From contig CM059428.1 in assembly GCA_030390025.1 (NCBI GenBank), positions 168,516,001-168,580,000 of the forward strand: 64,000 nt of DNA, in the 5' to 3' direction. Position 1 is the stretch's first letter; each line of letters starts with the position of its first letter. The stretch is from Squalus acanthias (lineage: Eukaryota). Made by a program: the position numbers and the translations under genes. Under the pieces are notes generated by a model that had not been told where the DNA came from, did no database searches, and was given only the letters and a program-made list of their open reading frames with translations. Shown in pieces: positions 61,345 to 64,000 of this stretch.

Positions 61345-62512
61345 ATTTTCAGAAGGCCTTCGATAAGGTCCCACACAAGAGGTTGGTGAACAAAATTAGG
61401 GCACATGGAATTGGGGGTAATATACTAGCATGGATTGAGAATTGGTTAACAGACAGAAAACAAAGAGTAAGGATAAACGGGTCTTTTTCAGGATGGCAGG
61501 CTGTGACTAGTGGGGTACCGCAAGAATCGGTGCTTGGGCTATTCACAATCTATATTAATGATTTGGATGAGGGAACTAAATGGAACATTTCCAAATTTGC
61601 TGATAATACAAAGCTAGGTGGCAGTGTCAGTTGTGAAGAGGCTTCAAGGGGATCTCGATAGGCTCAGTGAGTGGGCGAGAACATAGCAGATGGAATATAA
61701 TGTGGATAAATGTGAAGTTATCCACTTTGGTAGAAAAAACAGAAAGGCAGAGTATTTCCTAAATGGTGAAAGATTGGGGAATGCAGATGCTCAAAAGGAC
61801 CTGGGTGTCCTTGTACATGAGTCACTGAAAGTGAATGTGCAGGTGCAGCAAGCCATTCGGAAGGCAAATGGTATGCTGGCCTTTATTACAAGAGGATTTG
61901 AGTACAGGAGTAAAGAAGTCTTACTCCAATTATATAGGGCCTTGGTGAGACCACACCTGGAGTACTGTGTACAATTTTGGTCTCCTTACCCAAGGAAGGA
62001 TATACTTGCCATAGAGGGAGTGCAACGAAGGTTCACGAGATTGATTCCTGGGATGGCGGGACTGTCGTATGAGAAGAGATTGAGTAAACTAGGCCTGTAT
62101 TCTTTTGAATTCAGAAGAATGAGTGGGGATCTCATTGAAGCATACAAAATTATTACAGGGCTTGATAGGGTGGATGCTGGGAGAATGTTTCCCTTGGCTG
62201 GGGAGTCTAGAACCAGGGGCCACAGCCTCAGGATAAAGGGTAGACCATTCAGGACTGAGATGAGAAGAAATTTCTTCACACAGAGGGTGGTGAATCTTTG
62301 GAATTCTCTACCCCAGAGGGCTGTGGAGGCTCAGTCATTGGGTATATTAAAAACAGAAGTCGATAGATTTCTGACAAGTAAAGGCATCAAGGGATATGGC
62401 GATCGGGCCGGTGAATGGAGTTGAGGCAGAAGATCAGCCATGATCTCACTGAATGGCGGAGCAGGTTTGAGGGGCCAAATGGCCTACTCCTGCTCCTATT
62501 TCTTATGTTCTT
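61345..62512 (+). mobile_element. 5'-truncated CR1 LINE
   Basis: RT ORFs 61383-61661 and 61690-62424, stem-loop and tail. Confidence 0.95.
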
Positions 62513-62690
62513 CTGTCTTCTTTCATTAGCATGTCCAATATGATGTCGAACGTTTTTCAGGTATTCTTGGGGCACAGGACATAGCCCTGCAAAATCGGTC
62601 ATTTTCCCCCCTGGAAAACAGCCACAATGATTACCAATTTCTACCCCCAAATTTCAGATGCTACTAATGAGCAGAGCTCAGATCCAAGTA

Positions 62691-63054
62691 CAGGAAACTC
62701 TTTATTAACCGGCACCGACGGGACCGGCGTGGTGCCAGTTAATCAAAAAGTCCGGATAACGGAGAGTTATATCTCCCAACGTACGAGAGCCCCGTACACA
62801 TTGACATGCGCCTGCATTCGGAGCTCCGTCTCCCCGGGGACCGCCAGCTGACCATCTGTCGTGTCCGCTGCCTACCCGGGCTGCACATTCCCCTCCCAAT
62901 CTACACGCTCCGATACAAGGCAAACGCCTCGGGGTTTTTTTTTAAGTTAATTTTAAACGAGAGATGAAGGAAAACCCCGGTTACCTACTCAAGAATTTTG
63001 CCGGTTAAGAGAGATTTCCGGATATTTGGGTGCCGGTTAATAAAGAGTTTCCTG
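62691..63054. mobile_element. Tc1/mariner (pogo/Tigger-like) MITE
   Basis: Perfect 26-bp TIR caggaaactctttattaaccggcacc, TA TSD. Confidence 0.9.
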
Positions 63055-64000
63055 TATTTGTGGCCTGGTCCCTAGCCTCCCAGCAAAACTGATGGCTGGG
63101 AATGGAGACAAAGGCCAACCTTCCTACAAGGCTGACCATTCATACCCTTTAGCCTTGAGGGATGTCTGTGCCTCTCTGAAGTTCCCACTGCATCAATCGG
63201 CCCTCGACCCAGTTTGGCACAACAGGCAACAATCAGGAGAACTCACTTCAGTTAAATTTACAGCCTGGCATGATGGAATCACCAGACTAGGCTAGCTCAT
63301 GCACAAGCTATTCCACTAGTTGGCTAAAAAATTTCACCTCTCCCAACATGACCATCTCTAGATGCCACATTATCTCCAGAACCCTGCAATACTCTGCAGA
63401 CTTCAGCATGAGCCAGTTCTCCTGGAGTTTTTCCTTCACTCCCCAATGGTTTCCTGCATCTCCACCCTGTGCACAATTCTCATGACAATGACCAAAGATA
63501 GGACAGAAAACCTGAGAAAAGCCCAAAATCTAACCACTTATTAAGGGAAGGTGACTAATGAATGGCACGGAGACAGATCCTAAATCCTATCAGATGCAAC
63601 AAAATGCACGAAGACCAACTCAAGATTATATATGACACATAGTGCACCCATGTTCAAGCACCACAAATTGCATCCCTCCATATCAGACAATGCTGGATAG
63701 GTTGTGGCCAGAAGAGCACACCCCTCCACATATTGTTGCCATGCCTCTGCATTCAGCCATTCTGGATAGCAGTTTGGGAGACCACAAGGACCATGGGTGG
63801 CCTTGCAATTCCAGAGGAATTCCACAGGCTTACCCACTCCCTCCCACAATCAACAGGCTAACACAACTCTCACTACTAGCTGCAAGAAGATGATACTCGA
63901 CTCTAAAGCTAAGAGCAGCCCTCCCACCAATAACATGTGGCTTAAGCATAGTTGGAACAGATCTCAATTAGAACGAGTGTTGTTCAGCTCCTGCTTGGAA

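Noticed and set aside
1-64000. CRISPR array, retron or other prokaryotic RT system
   Set aside because: No regularly spaced short repeats; all recognisable RTs are non-LTR LINE type in a spliced vertebrate gene context.

Overview
Eukaryotic (vertebrate) genomic DNA, most likely from a cartilaginous fish; this is an inference from the repeat families present. The window is an internal part of a minus-strand gene built from single-exon I-set Ig domains (267-nt, phase 1-1 exons of 89 codons), best matching the tandem Ig-repeat region of obscurin (OBSCN). I find 12 intact Ig exons, 3 disabled full-length exons and 2 remnants. They were expanded by a ~1-kb one-exon tandem unit (1-11 kb) and a triplicated two-exon unit (19.4-38.5 kb). 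The introns are packed with CR1 LINEs (two retain ORF1 and ORF2), L2 fragments, SINEs, PIF/Harbinger MITEs, one internally deleted two-gene Harbinger, a Tc1/pogo-type MITE and Penelope-like fragments carrying hammerhead ribozyme motifs. Most notable observations: (1) both ORF1-containing CR1s end ORF1 with an in-frame U_UUA_AAC slippery heptamer, with ORF2 open in the -1 frame and a G-rich tract downstream, a candidate programmed -1 frameshift; (2) the Ig exon array is undergoing birth-and-death, including a frame-preserving 99-nt half-domain exon with a new GTAAGT donor; (3) repeated local templated inversions, one of which disrupts an exon and would loop out its donor site; (4) a minimal hammerhead ribozyme with an intact core. 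No prokaryotic system or CRISPR array is present. All alignments were done by eye.
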